In this document: positions 1-9,600 of the stretch, one piece after another
How the letters are laid out: every line of letters starts with the position of its first letter
Position numbering within the stretch: the first letter of the stretch is position 1
Assembly: GCA_964633675.1 (NCBI GenBank)
Contig: CAZWHR010000001.1
Coordinates: forward strand, 1-47,421
DNA: 47,421 nt
Direction of reading: 5' to 3'
Origin: an uncultured archaeon
Lineage (GTDB): Archaea; Nanohalarchaeota; Nanosalinia; Nanosalinales; Nanoanaerosalinaceae
Notes under the pieces: model-generated
What the model saw: only the letters and a program-made list of their open reading frames with translations
What the model was told of the DNA's origin: nothing
Database searches by the model: none
Program-made: the position numbers and the translations under genes

Positions 1-198
1 AATAAGACGCCTTCCTCTATTATCTTCTTGAAGATTTAGTTCTTCTATATGGGCTGTTGAATCCTTTATCAGAAGGTTCATAAGCTCTCCTGTACCTGAT
101 ACAAAGCTCAGGTCAGCTACTTCTCCGAATCGTTTTCCCTCTTCTTCTGATACTATTGTCTTGCCCATAAGGTTCTTTCCTCTGACTTCTCCTGACAT
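1..198 (-). CDS. PRC-barrel domain protein, N-terminal part (gene continues past the left edge)
   Basis: ATG at 198-196 on the minus strand, open to position 1. Absent from the ORF track because no stop lies in the window. My translation is MSGEVRGKNLMGKTIVSEEEGKRFGEVADLSFVSGTGELMNLLIKD..., which fits the GK-x-V-x4-G-x3-G-x-V-x-D...TG-x-L pattern of PRC-barrel proteins. Confidence 0.5.
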   Translation of the reverse strand, partial: MSGEVRGKNLMGKTIVSEEEGKRFGEVADLSFVSGTGELMNLLIKDSTAHIEELNLQEDNRGRRLI

Positions 199-251
199 GT
201 ATGTCACCTGTATATTCCTTTGTGGTCGGGATTAATAAATGTTACCAGCCC

Positions 252-1316
252 TTACTTGATGAAATAGGAATAGGATCTCCCTTCTTTCTCTCTGTCTACC
301 ACATCGTTTTCCATAAGTCTTTTTAGAATGTTATTAATCGACCTGATTGCATGTGACCTACTTCTATAGTCTTCAAAACCGAGGCTATCCACTATATCGC
401 CCGAGCTACACGAGTCTTCGTCTTTTAGGACAGTTAGTACTTTCTCCTGCTTTGGAGTTAGGCTCAAGTCCTCTATATCTATTTCATCTTCTGAACTTTT
501 TTCCTCTATCTCTTCGGAGTCTTCATATCGGGCGAACTCATCCTTGTCCAGTATGTTTTCCACGTCTTCTTCGTCTATTATTGAGAGATCCTCACGTGCA
601 GCATGGACAACACATTTGTTGCAGGCTCGTATAACCTCTCTAGGAAATCCTGCCGTCTTTTCATATATCTTTACAGCTGCCCCTGTGGTTAGGGGTTCTA
701 AGGAGGAACCACCAGACCTGTCTATCCGTCTTCGTATCAGTTTTATTGATTCATCTCTGTCTAGAGACTCCAGATTTATAGAGGCCGTGGCTCTACTATG
801 TAATGTCTCTATTTCTTCCTTGAGGCGTTCTTCAAATACGGGAAGGCCTGCAGCCACTACAGATAGATTCTCTACATGGTCTATAGCGGTTCTGACCCAT
901 CTAAGGACATCGGTAGATGCTTCGTGACTCTCATCTATTATAAGAAGAGCAGGCTGATCGAATTTCCTGTCCAACTCCTCGTGTAGATTGTATAGCGAAT
1001 AGGACTTGAATAAAGAGGAAAAAAGTCCGGGCTTTAGGACTTCCTTCTTCAGGTAGTCTAGAAGATCCTGGTTATTCTTAGGTGGCTTAGGCATATAAAA
1101 CACTTCACGGCTTTCTTCATACTCTGAAGCCAGCCATTTAAGAAGGTTCGTCTTACCTGCTCCGGTGTGGCCAGTGACTATTGAGAACTTATTACCCGCT
1201 GATATAGCGTCCTGAACCCTTTTTATTTCCTCTTTATAACCCACCAACAGATCCGAATATATTTTGAAGTTAAAGGGATTTTCCTCCCATCCAAATTTGT
1301 TCATCCATTCATCCAT
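252..1316 (-). CDS. AAA+ ATPase (ExeA / ORC-Cdc6-like fold) with acidic linker and C-terminal winged-helix domain
   Basis: Walker A GHTGAGKT and Walker B LLIIDESHE. A lid-like segment (AGFPREVIRACNKCVVHAAR) is followed by a D/E-rich linker. The C-terminal segment KQEKVLTVLKD...SGDIVDSLG...ILKRLMENDVVDREKEGRSYSYF looks like a wHTH. Confidence 0.6.
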   Translation of the reverse strand: MDEWMNKFGWEENPFNFKIYSDLLVGYKEEIKRVQDAISAGNKFSIVTGHTGAGKTNLLKWLASEYEESREVFYMPKPPKNNQDLLDYLKKEVLKPGLFSSLFKSYSLYNLHEELDRKFDQPALLIIDESHEASTDVLRWVRTAIDHVENLSVVAAGLPVFEERLKEEIETLHSRATASINLESLDRDESIKLIRRRIDRSGGSSLEPLTTGAAVKIYEKTAGFPREVIRACNKCVVHAAREDLSIIDEEDVENILDKDEFARYEDSEEIEEKSSEDEIDIEDLSLTPKQEKVLTVLKDEDSCSSGDIVDSLGFEDYRSRSHAIRSINNILKRLMENDVVDREKEGRSYSYFIK

Positions 1317-1465
1317 GCTTATTCACCGTTTCACTTTGAGTTCATTTGACCCACGTGCATAAAAATGTAGGGGTATCTGTTTCTTTCACACCCTCTTCAC
1401 AGAACCCTACTTCAGATGTGAAGTAGACCAAATTATTTATGTGTTCCGGTAGCTTTTTTTTTACG

Positions 1466-2023
1466 ATGTCAAGACGTCTTTTTATATCCATCGATATAGA
1501 GGATGAAGAAACCATCAAAGCCCTGAAAAAATTTCAAGATCAAGTATCTGGACTAGGACTGACCCGCCCTTCTAGCCCTGAAAACTTTCACATCACACTG
1601 AACTTCATCGGCGAGGTATCTGAAGATAGACTAGAACCCCTAGTTCAAGATCTTCGGCAAGTCAGATTTTCTTCATTTGAATTCATGGTAAAAGGTGTGG
1701 GTGTGTTTCCTGAACTTGATTTTATCAAGGTAGTCTGGGCGGGCATCGGTAAGGGTAGCCCCTCTATGTCTTCCCTTTCAAGCAATATTAGAGATTCAAT
1801 AGACCAAGATCTGGTTCAGGAGAGAGAGTTTCATCCTCATGTCACTCTCCTTCGTGTGAAAAACATAGGGCGTGAAGATAAGGATGAACTTCAGGAACTT
1901 GTTAATGAAGGGGAGGAAAGACTGTTTGGGGTGCAGAAAGCAGAAAGGTTCTACTTGAAGGAGAGCGTCCTGAAGAGTGAAGGCGCCAGACATGAAACTA
2001 TAGAGGAATTTGATCTAAAATGA
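1466..2023 (+). CDS. thpR: RNA 2',3'-cyclic phosphodiesterase / 2'-5' RNA ligase family (2H phosphoesterase)
   Basis: Two H-x-T-x motifs (HITLNF and HPHVTLLR) at the typical spacing. I prefer the second ATG (1466, MSRRLFISIDI) over the track start at 1439. Confidence 0.8.
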   Translation: MSRRLFISIDIEDEETIKALKKFQDQVSGLGLTRPSSPENFHITLNFIGEVSEDRLEPLVQDLRQVRFSSFEFMVKGVGVFPELDFIKVVWAGIGKGSPSMSSLSSNIRDSIDQDLVQEREFHPHVTLLRVKNIGREDKDELQELVNEGEERLFGVQKAERFYLKESVLKSEGARHETIEEFDLK

Positions 2024-2355
2024 AGGTCTCAAACTATATAGCGGTTTCTCTGCTGGTCTTTGGACTAATATTGCTGGGTGCTGCAGAGGTATTTTATGCT
2101 CCTGTGGAGATATCGCCTTCGGAGATAGATAAGTCCCTTCTGGGTGATAGAGTTATTACTGAAGGAACTATTACGGATATCACAGATCTGGAAGATATCA
2201 CGTTTCTCAAGATTAAGCAGAATCCTGATCTGAAGGTCGTGAAGTTCACGCCAGACTTGGACGCAAGCAAGGGAGATAAGGTTCTAATAGAGGGGGAGGT
2301 TGACCTGTATCAGGGAGATGTAGAGCTAATGGTTGATGAAATCAAAGTGAAATAG
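2020..2355 (+). CDS. membrane-anchored OB-fold-like protein
   Basis: ATGA start/stop overlap with thpR. N-terminal TM (YIAVSLLVFGLILLGAA), then a beta-rich segment VITEGTITDI...VLIEGEVDLYQGDVELMVDEI typical of tRNA_anti-like OB folds. Confidence 0.45.
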   Translation: MKVSNYIAVSLLVFGLILLGAAEVFYAPVEISPSEIDKSLLGDRVITEGTITDITDLEDITFLKIKQNPDLKVVKFTPDLDASKGDKVLIEGEVDLYQGDVELMVDEIKVK

Positions 2356-2372
2356 ATCTAAAGTTAAATGTG

Positions 2373-3638
2373 CTACACAACTATCTTCTGATTCTGGAAG
2401 ACCGCTTTCTTGGTCACTAGAGATACATTGCTTTTTTCCGGACCATAGAAGAACTTGTGGTTCTCAAGTAGTTCGAATATATTTCCAACAAACATACCGC
2501 TTTCTATGGCTCTTTCTTCTCCTTTAGAAAGCTCAAATCCTGTTGTTATGTTTAAAGAAAAGTCTCCAGAGGTTTTATTGGCTGTATGAACTCCTGCAAC
2601 ATCTTGTATAATTATAGCGTCATTTAATTCATCCTTTTTTCCTTCTTCTCCTTCGAGAACCATATTTGTAGGGTTTATGTGAGGGAGGGATCTATAGCCT
2701 CCGGAGGCGTTTCCTGTGGATTCTACGGACTCTCTTTCAGCTCGTTTAACATCGTATAGATAGCCATCTAGAACTCCGTCTTTAACCAGTTCGGTGTTCT
2801 TTGAGGGAGTTCCTTCACGGTCAAAGCTCCGGCTGTTCACGCCACCTTTCCTCAATCCTTGATCCATTATGTGAATGCTGTCTGAAGCAATTTTTTCTCC
2901 CTTCTTATTGTGGAAAGGAGACTTACCTCTCTGCACTCTCTCTGCACTGAATGCGGGATAGAGGATTCCGGAGAATATCTGGTACTGTGCATAGGGTGTG
3001 AGGACTATTGTCCTTTCACCCCCTTTTTCTAGTTTTTTCGGGTTAGATGATCTATGGAGCAGCTCCAGTGCCTCTTCTGCAGTTCCGGTAGGATTATGCT
3101 TGTCTCTACTTGTCCTGAAGAAATACTTGGATCTTCCATCTTTGTTTGCCGAGAAGAAGGAGCTGAAATAGGTGGATTTTCTCTGTCCCTTAAGCCCGGA
3201 AGAATTCATTATATACGAGTTTCCAATTACACGTGAAGTTGATCCCTCGGAGAAAATTGCTTCTCCTCGAGATATTGCTTTCTCTGTTAACGCTATTAGT
3301 TCTTTTTCTGTGGTTTCTGCTACATCCTGATTGAAGACACCTTCAACCTGTGGAAAACTTGATTTAAGAGGAAAAGATATTATAGGTGTCTGTGATAGCC
3401 TTGATAGCTGTACTGCCTTTTCTGCGGCATCCTTTATTGAATCAGGGTTGGTTGTATAGGAAAAGCCTACTTTGTTATCCACTAGAGCCCTTATACCGAT
3501 ACCCTTGAGATTCTCTGTTGTAACGTTTTCTATTTCGTCCTTAGACACTTGACAGTCTATGGACTCCTCCTTTTCGGCATATACTTCAAGCTGATCGTAT
3601 CCACCTATATCAAACGCTTTCTCCATACTCTCAAACAT
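2373..3638 (-). CDS. pmbA: PmbA/TldE-family metallopeptidase partner
   Basis: 421 aa with full-length TldD/PmbA-family architecture but no HExxxH. Its start abuts the tldD stop (TAG-ATG at 3639/3638). Confidence 0.8.
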   Translation of the reverse strand: MFESMEKAFDIGGYDQLEVYAEKEESIDCQVSKDEIENVTTENLKGIGIRALVDNKVGFSYTTNPDSIKDAAEKAVQLSRLSQTPIISFPLKSSFPQVEGVFNQDVAETTEKELIALTEKAISRGEAIFSEGSTSRVIGNSYIMNSSGLKGQRKSTYFSSFFSANKDGRSKYFFRTSRDKHNPTGTAEEALELLHRSSNPKKLEKGGERTIVLTPYAQYQIFSGILYPAFSAERVQRGKSPFHNKKGEKIASDSIHIMDQGLRKGGVNSRSFDREGTPSKNTELVKDGVLDGYLYDVKRAERESVESTGNASGGYRSLPHINPTNMVLEGEEGKKDELNDAIIIQDVAGVHTANKTSGDFSLNITTGFELSKGEERAIESGMFVGNIFELLENHKFFYGPEKSNVSLVTKKAVFQNQKIVV

Positions 3639-5021
3639 CTATCCCACCACCATTTTTTTTACCTTCATATGAGGGGAACCCGTGTCCACATACACTGTCT
3701 GTCCTGCTTTACCGCAGTAGCCAGGATCTCCTATGTTTCTGTCCTGACCCACCATTTCCACCTTCTCCAGTACTTCAAGAGTCTTCCCTGATATAGAAGG
3801 CCCTCTAACTAGTTCTCCTATTTCTCCATCCTGGATACGGTATGCATGGGTGGTTCCGAAGGTGAAGTTGCCCTCTGCAGTGGCGACCTGCCCACCCTTG
3901 AATCCTTTGAGATATATGCCCTCTTCTATACTTTCTATTATCTCTTCTTTTGAGCTTTCCCCATTCTCGAAGAACGTGTTTGACATCCTTGGCAACTGGC
4001 TACTGTTGAAAGACTGGGCTCTGCCGTTTCCAGTAGGTTTCACATTCATCCTTGAACAGGTATCTTTGGAATGCAAGTAGCGTTTAAAAACACCGTTCTT
4101 TATTATCTCGGTTCTCTTGGCCTTCATACCTTCATCATCAAACCGGTAGCTGCCGTGCTTCTCGTCTAGAGTTGAATCATCAACTACTGTGATATTTTTA
4201 GAACCTATCTTTTCCCCTTTTAGCCCTTCGAAGGTTGAATCTCCAGATATGACTGTATCAGCCTCGGAAGCATGACCTACAGCTTCGTGAGCGAATAGAC
4301 CTCCTAATTTGTCTCCCATAACTACCGGCATTTTGCCTGTAGGCGGTCGAGGAGCGTTTAATATTTCAAGTGCTCTGTCGGCAGATTTTTCAGCCAGTGA
4401 TATTGGGTCAGCCTCCTGGAAATGCTTCATACCGTTCACCGAAGCAGATCTTTCGAGATGTGTTTCTATCTTGTCCTCTGATTTGGCTGTTGCGTAGCAG
4501 TATATAGAGAAGTGTGTCGGCCTCTTCTCTATAAAAGAACCCTCGGAACTCAGAAACATGTATTTTCCTTCTGAGTCACTGTATCTAACTCTTGAACTTT
4601 TTATCTTCTCCGATCTGTTCCGTATAGTCCTATCTGCATCTTCCAGTATAGCAAGCTTCTGTTCTGCCTCCATATTTCCGGGAGGGATACTCGCCCTACT
4701 CTTAAGCTTTTTTTCAACGGTGGGATATTCTTTTAAGCTATATTCTTCCCTGTTTGAGTTCTTTTTAAGAAATTTTGCAGACTTGACTGCCTTTTCAGTT
4801 GCTTTTTTAAGGTTTTCAAGGCTGTTTGTGGATGAAAAACCCCAAAAACCCTTGTAGAATGCTCTTATTCCTACACCTTGATCCTTCCCCGCGCTTATAT
4901 CCTCCACTTTTCTGTCTTTGACCTCTAGCCTGTTAATATCGAAGCTTTCAAACCGTACATCTGCATAATCGGCTCCGTTCTTCTGTGCATGGTCGACAGC
5001 ATTCTCAAGTTTACCTCTCAT
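3639..5021 (-). CDS. tldD: TldD-family zinc metallopeptidase
   Basis: 460 aa with the metal-binding motif HEAVGHASEAD and a C-terminal GxC...G segment typical of TldD. Paired with pmbA immediately downstream. Confidence 0.85.
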   Translation of the reverse strand: MRGKLENAVDHAQKNGADYADVRFESFDINRLEVKDRKVEDISAGKDQGVGIRAFYKGFWGFSSTNSLENLKKATEKAVKSAKFLKKNSNREEYSLKEYPTVEKKLKSRASIPPGNMEAEQKLAILEDADRTIRNRSEKIKSSRVRYSDSEGKYMFLSSEGSFIEKRPTHFSIYCYATAKSEDKIETHLERSASVNGMKHFQEADPISLAEKSADRALEILNAPRPPTGKMPVVMGDKLGGLFAHEAVGHASEADTVISGDSTFEGLKGEKIGSKNITVVDDSTLDEKHGSYRFDDEGMKAKRTEIIKNGVFKRYLHSKDTCSRMNVKPTGNGRAQSFNSSQLPRMSNTFFENGESSKEEIIESIEEGIYLKGFKGGQVATAEGNFTFGTTHAYRIQDGEIGELVRGPSISGKTLEVLEKVEMVGQDRNIGDPGYCGKAGQTVYVDTGSPHMKVKKMVVG

Positions 5022-5048
5022 TTTTCTTACCTCTAAAATGTTTGGAAT

Positions 5049-5990
5049 CTATATCTGTAGCTTTCCGCCTTCCATCACTCTCCGATCTCCGAAATCTATT
5101 GTAGGCTCCTTGATTATTGCATCCCAGTGAATCTCTGAACTGGAATCTCCTCCATAGGAGGTGTTATCTCCGAATGCGAAATGGCAGGTCCCCATTACCT
5201 TCTCGTCCTGTAGTATGTTCCCTATAAGTGTGGCCTTTGGGTTAGTGCCTATACCAAGCTCTGCAAGAGTGTTGGCGTTCTCCACAGTCTCAAAGGCCTC
5301 TTTTAGTCTACACTCCTCGCTGATATCTATAGCTTTATTATCCCTAATTTTTACCTCTGTACCGGGAGGAGCCATCTCCTCTCCCTGCATCTTGAGGAAA
5401 TCTATCACTACTTTGCCTTCTGCTTTCAGGGGCGAACCGTCGGCTTCACCCGCTGGGAGATTCCCGAAGTCTCCGGGTTCATGAAGTACTCCTGTATCTG
5501 TGTGCCATCGATCCAGGTCAACCTTGAATCGGATATCGGTTCCTGAAGGACTCTTCACGTGAACCATTTTAGCCTCTGAGAGAAGGTTATAAAGTCTTTT
5601 AGACCTTTCCTTGATATTCTCGTAGTCCGCAAGCATGGATGTCGTGAATATCTCTTCGGTTATCCCTGGAAGGGTTGCAATTCTTGCACCGCTCTCACAT
5701 GCATCTATACGCGCCTTGGTGTGGGATAGAGAATAAGTGGTAGGCGCCAGAACAACATCTGCTTCTCTCATAGCAGAGGCCACAGACCTTGGAGGCTCTG
5801 CACCATGTTGGCCGGTCTCTTCGATATCCATGAAAACAGTATTTCCAGCTTCCTCCAGACTTACAGTTTTTATAGCCTCCGCTATATTTTTGCGCTTTTC
5901 ATCAGTGACTATTAGGGCTTCTTCCTCGGACTGTACATTTAGGCACTGCTTTACTGCTGTTTCAGCTCCATCTCTTAGATTTCTGGCCAT
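5049..5990 (-). CDS. M29-like aminopeptidase (AmpS / aminopeptidase T family)
   Basis: 313 aa. C-terminal signature ELGIGTNPKA...GNILQDEKVMGTCHFAFGDN matches my recollection of thermophilic/M29 aminopeptidases. Confidence 0.65.
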   Translation of the reverse strand: MARNLRDGAETAVKQCLNVQSEEEALIVTDEKRKNIAEAIKTVSLEEAGNTVFMDIEETGQHGAEPPRSVASAMREADVVLAPTTYSLSHTKARIDACESGARIATLPGITEEIFTTSMLADYENIKERSKRLYNLLSEAKMVHVKSPSGTDIRFKVDLDRWHTDTGVLHEPGDFGNLPAGEADGSPLKAEGKVVIDFLKMQGEEMAPPGTEVKIRDNKAIDISEECRLKEAFETVENANTLAELGIGTNPKATLIGNILQDEKVMGTCHFAFGDNTSYGGDSSSEIHWDAIIKEPTIDFGDRRVMEGGKLQI

Positions 5991-6184
5991 ACTTGTAGAT
6001 TATCTATTATGTTACCTCTCCTCCTTTTTACATTATTCCCCCTACTATAGAATTTTGAACCTTATCTCGGAACGTTATCTCAGGAACCTTATCTAGAAGG
6101 TAGTTTAGAATAGTAAGGTACAAAATTAAGGATGGTAACAAATAGTAACATACAAAAACCACCAGGGCTAATTATAGTATAGAT

Positions 6185-6634
6185 ATGAAGCTCTCAAGCC
6201 CAGAATTTGATGATAACGGTCGCATACCTGAAAAATATGGATATACACATCAGAATATAAACCCAACTCTCCTTTTAGAAGAGATTCCTTCTGAGGCAGA
6301 ATCTCTTGCGCTGGTAATGGACGATCCGGATGCCGTGGAACCTGCCGGCAAGGTCTGGGATCACTGGGTTATATGGAATATATCTCCGAAGGTATCACGG
6401 ATAGAGGAGGACTCCACTCCTTCAAGTGCTGTAGAAGGAGAGAACGACTACGGAGAGACTGGCTATGGCGGGCCTAATCCTCCAGACGGCGAACATACCT
6501 ATGTTTTCAAGCTGTATGCTCTTGACCAAGAGCTGGATCTACCAGCAGGATCTAAAAAGGAGGATGTTGAAAAGGTTATGGAGGGACATATTATAGCAGA
6601 GGCGAGACTTGAAGGTAAGTATTCACCTGTCTAG
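6185..6634 (+). CDS. PEBP / YbhB-YbcL family (Raf kinase inhibitor-like) protein
   Basis: Motifs DDPDA...WDHWVIWNI and GYGGPNPPDGEHTYVFKLYALD. Confidence 0.85.
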   Translation: MKLSSPEFDDNGRIPEKYGYTHQNINPTLLLEEIPSEAESLALVMDDPDAVEPAGKVWDHWVIWNISPKVSRIEEDSTPSSAVEGENDYGETGYGGPNPPDGEHTYVFKLYALDQELDLPAGSKKEDVEKVMEGHIIAEARLEGKYSPV

Positions 6635-6673
6635 ATGGCCACACTGTTTGAAGCTTTAGAGTGTTGATCATTT

Positions 6674-9600
6674 ATGGAAACATCAACAAGAAGCTACAGG
6701 TCTAATGTAGTAACTTCTTTAATAGCTCTAGCTCTATTCTTAGCTCTGAGCTCGACTCTAGTACTTTCCGCTCCGTTGGATTCTGATTCGGGCGATAATG
6801 AGTGGAACATGCTTCAGAGGCATGTAAACCATTCGGGGTACACCAACTCAAGCTCTCCTGCGAATATAGTTACCTCTTTCCTTGACTCAAATGATGTTGA
6901 TGCTTTGTCGGGTATGGCTGTAAACAGGGATTTTGTATATTTTGGAGGGGTTAACAACAGCATGGGTCTTTCCCGCAGTCTTTACCAGTTAAATGCTTCC
7001 GATATACATCAGAGTATAGCTGAGTTCAATAAGTCTGGGCCTATAAGCTCTACACCTGCGCTTACAGATGACTATGTGTATGTCGGTTCCAACGACACCA
7101 AAGTTTACCAGCTGAATGCCTCAAATGTTTCGAAGGAAATTGCTAACTTCTCTACAGAGGGAGGTATCTCTGCGTCTCCAGCGGTTTCCAACGGAAATGT
7201 CTATATAGGCAGTACCGATAACAAGCTTTATCAGTTGAATGCTTCGAATGTGTCCGACAACATCACCGACTTCGAGGCAGGAGATAACATAAATTCCTCG
7301 GCTGCAGTAGGGAACGGCTTTGTCTATGTTGGTAGCACCGATAAAAGGCTTTACCAGCTGAACGCATCAAACGTCTCTATAGAGATTTCCAATTTTTCTA
7401 CCAATGGACCGATTCTTTCCTCTCCCACGATTACCGATGAGTACGTGTATGTAGGTAGTGATGATAACACTATATACCAGTTGAATGCTTCGAATGTTTC
7501 TGAAAATATCTCTAGCTTCGAGACCGGTGGAAGGGTCAGAGGAGAGCTTGCTATATACAATGGATACCTATATGTTGGTAGCAACGATGGTAGCGTATAC
7601 CAGCTGAATGCCTCCAATATATCGAATGAGATAGCTAACTTTACTACCTTATCGCTGGCGAATGTAACAGCTCCTCCTGTGATAGCTGGTGATGACGTCT
7701 ATGTTGGGGCGGAGAACGATACGGATGCCCGCATATATCAGCTAAGTGCTTCCAATATCTCCAATATGAGGAGTGAGATGAGGAACTTTTCCACAAACCG
7801 TACGTCTCTTAATTCCCTTAAACCTCTGGCAGTTTCTCATGGAGTCCTGTATATGGGAGATGAGACTTCTCTGTACCGAGTTGGGAACTATAACATCACA
7901 GGGAAGTCAGCTACACTGGAGTTTAATGATTCTTTGGACTATTCATCCAGCAATTCAACGATAGTCACAGGTGATGTGGATGGCGATAACGTCACCGAGA
8001 CGGTTGCGGGCACTTCGAAGGGGATAATGGTTGTAAGCTATAACGGTAGTTCCCTGGCGGTAGAGGCAAATCACAGCCTAGGGCTTAATTGTTCGGACTG
8101 TCTAGGCATATCTACAGAGCCTCTTCTAGCTGATATCGATAGAGACGGGGATATAGAGATAGTTGCAGGAGCTTATGACGACAACACTACCTATGTGTTC
8201 CGACATAATGGTTCTGGCATAACTGAGGAGGCAAGCCTCCAGCTCGATGGAAGGATATACAGTTCTTCTCCAGTTACAGACGATATTGACGATGATAATA
8301 CGTGGGAGATAATTATGGGAGACGCAGATGACAGCATACACATATTGAACCATGATGGATCCTCACTTTCTGAAGAGGCAAGCTTTAGCATGGGAGGGAT
8401 GCTTGCTGACCCGGTCCTCGCTGATCCTGACGGCGACAACACAACCGAGATAGTTGCGGCCAGCCTGAATAAGAACCTGTATGTCCTTGAATATGACGGT
8501 TCAAGTATATCTGAAGAGGACAGCTTCAACACCACCAATATACTTGAGTTTGAACCTGTAGTGTCCGATGTTGACGATGATAATTCCCAAGAGATAGTGT
8601 TGGACAGGTGGAATGTCTCTATTTTTAACCACAGCGGTAGTCAATTGAGGGAGGAGGGTTTCTTTGACAAGGGTTGCCCTGTTACTACCGGTGTATTGAA
8701 CCCACGATGTATGAAACAGAACGGTTCCAGCCTTGCGACCGCTGATTTTGACGGTGATAATGATACCGAAATTTTCACGGGCGGATCAACCGAGGTACAC
8801 CTACTTCGCCATAACGGTTCGGATATAAGGGAGGTGGACAGCATGTCGGTGGAGAACCCCGTTATGAGCGAGCCCTTGGTGGTTGATGTAGATGGAGATA
8901 ATATAACCGAGGCGGTTTTCAAGGATCAGGAAGGTATCATGTACGTCTTCAGCAAGAGTTCCCCTATCCAGATGGAGCACAGGAACGATCTTGAGAGGAG
9001 TGGCACTATAAGGGCAATAGATGAGGGAACAGTGGTTGATAGAAGCTCTGGTGGCGGCCTTGAATTCGGGGCCTTTTCCTTGTATTATTACATAAAGCAC
9101 CTACCTACCATGGTGGCGATTATATTGATGTCTATAACCGTACTTGCATGTCTCACTCTCGTTCTTTCGATGTTCCTGCCCAAGAGGTTCCACAGGTTTG
9201 CCAGTCTGAGGGTTTTGAGGTATGGCTCGGTTACTGTTCTCTTTGTCTCTCTGGCAGGTGTGGGTGTCTATGCCGCCAGCAGTATAGGTTCAAGCGCCAT
9301 ATCAGACTACAGCGATGCAGCGGCCTGCGGAGATATTACTGGTAGCGGCAGTTTTGCACTGGTGGCTACTAACGGTGAGAGGATAAACCTGAAGACCGAA
9401 CCTGCCCCGATTCCCGGGGATTGTGGGGATGTGGTTCCTATACCTCCTGGCGACGGTAATGGAGGTAACGGAAATACGGGTAACCCTAATCAGGGCCAAC
9501 AGGGTAATGGAGGAGTCACAACTGGCGGGGGAATATCGGCTAAATCTGCCGTTGTTTCCGGGGAGATATTCCGTGAGAGACCTCCGCAGTTCCGAGGCCT

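Noticed and set aside
1317-1465. Replication origin next to the ORC-like AAA+ gene
   Set aside because: The spacer is only 149 nt and has a single short palindrome. There are no repeated ORB-like boxes and no extended A/T-rich unwinding element.
9000-9400. Possibility that the 1709-aa ORF is two genes (propeller protein plus Cys-rich protein) fused by error
   Set aside because: The frame is continuous with no stop, and there is no RBS/start context after the TM hairpin. A sequencing or assembly error cannot be excluded from the sequence alone, and this is listed as a check under the finding.
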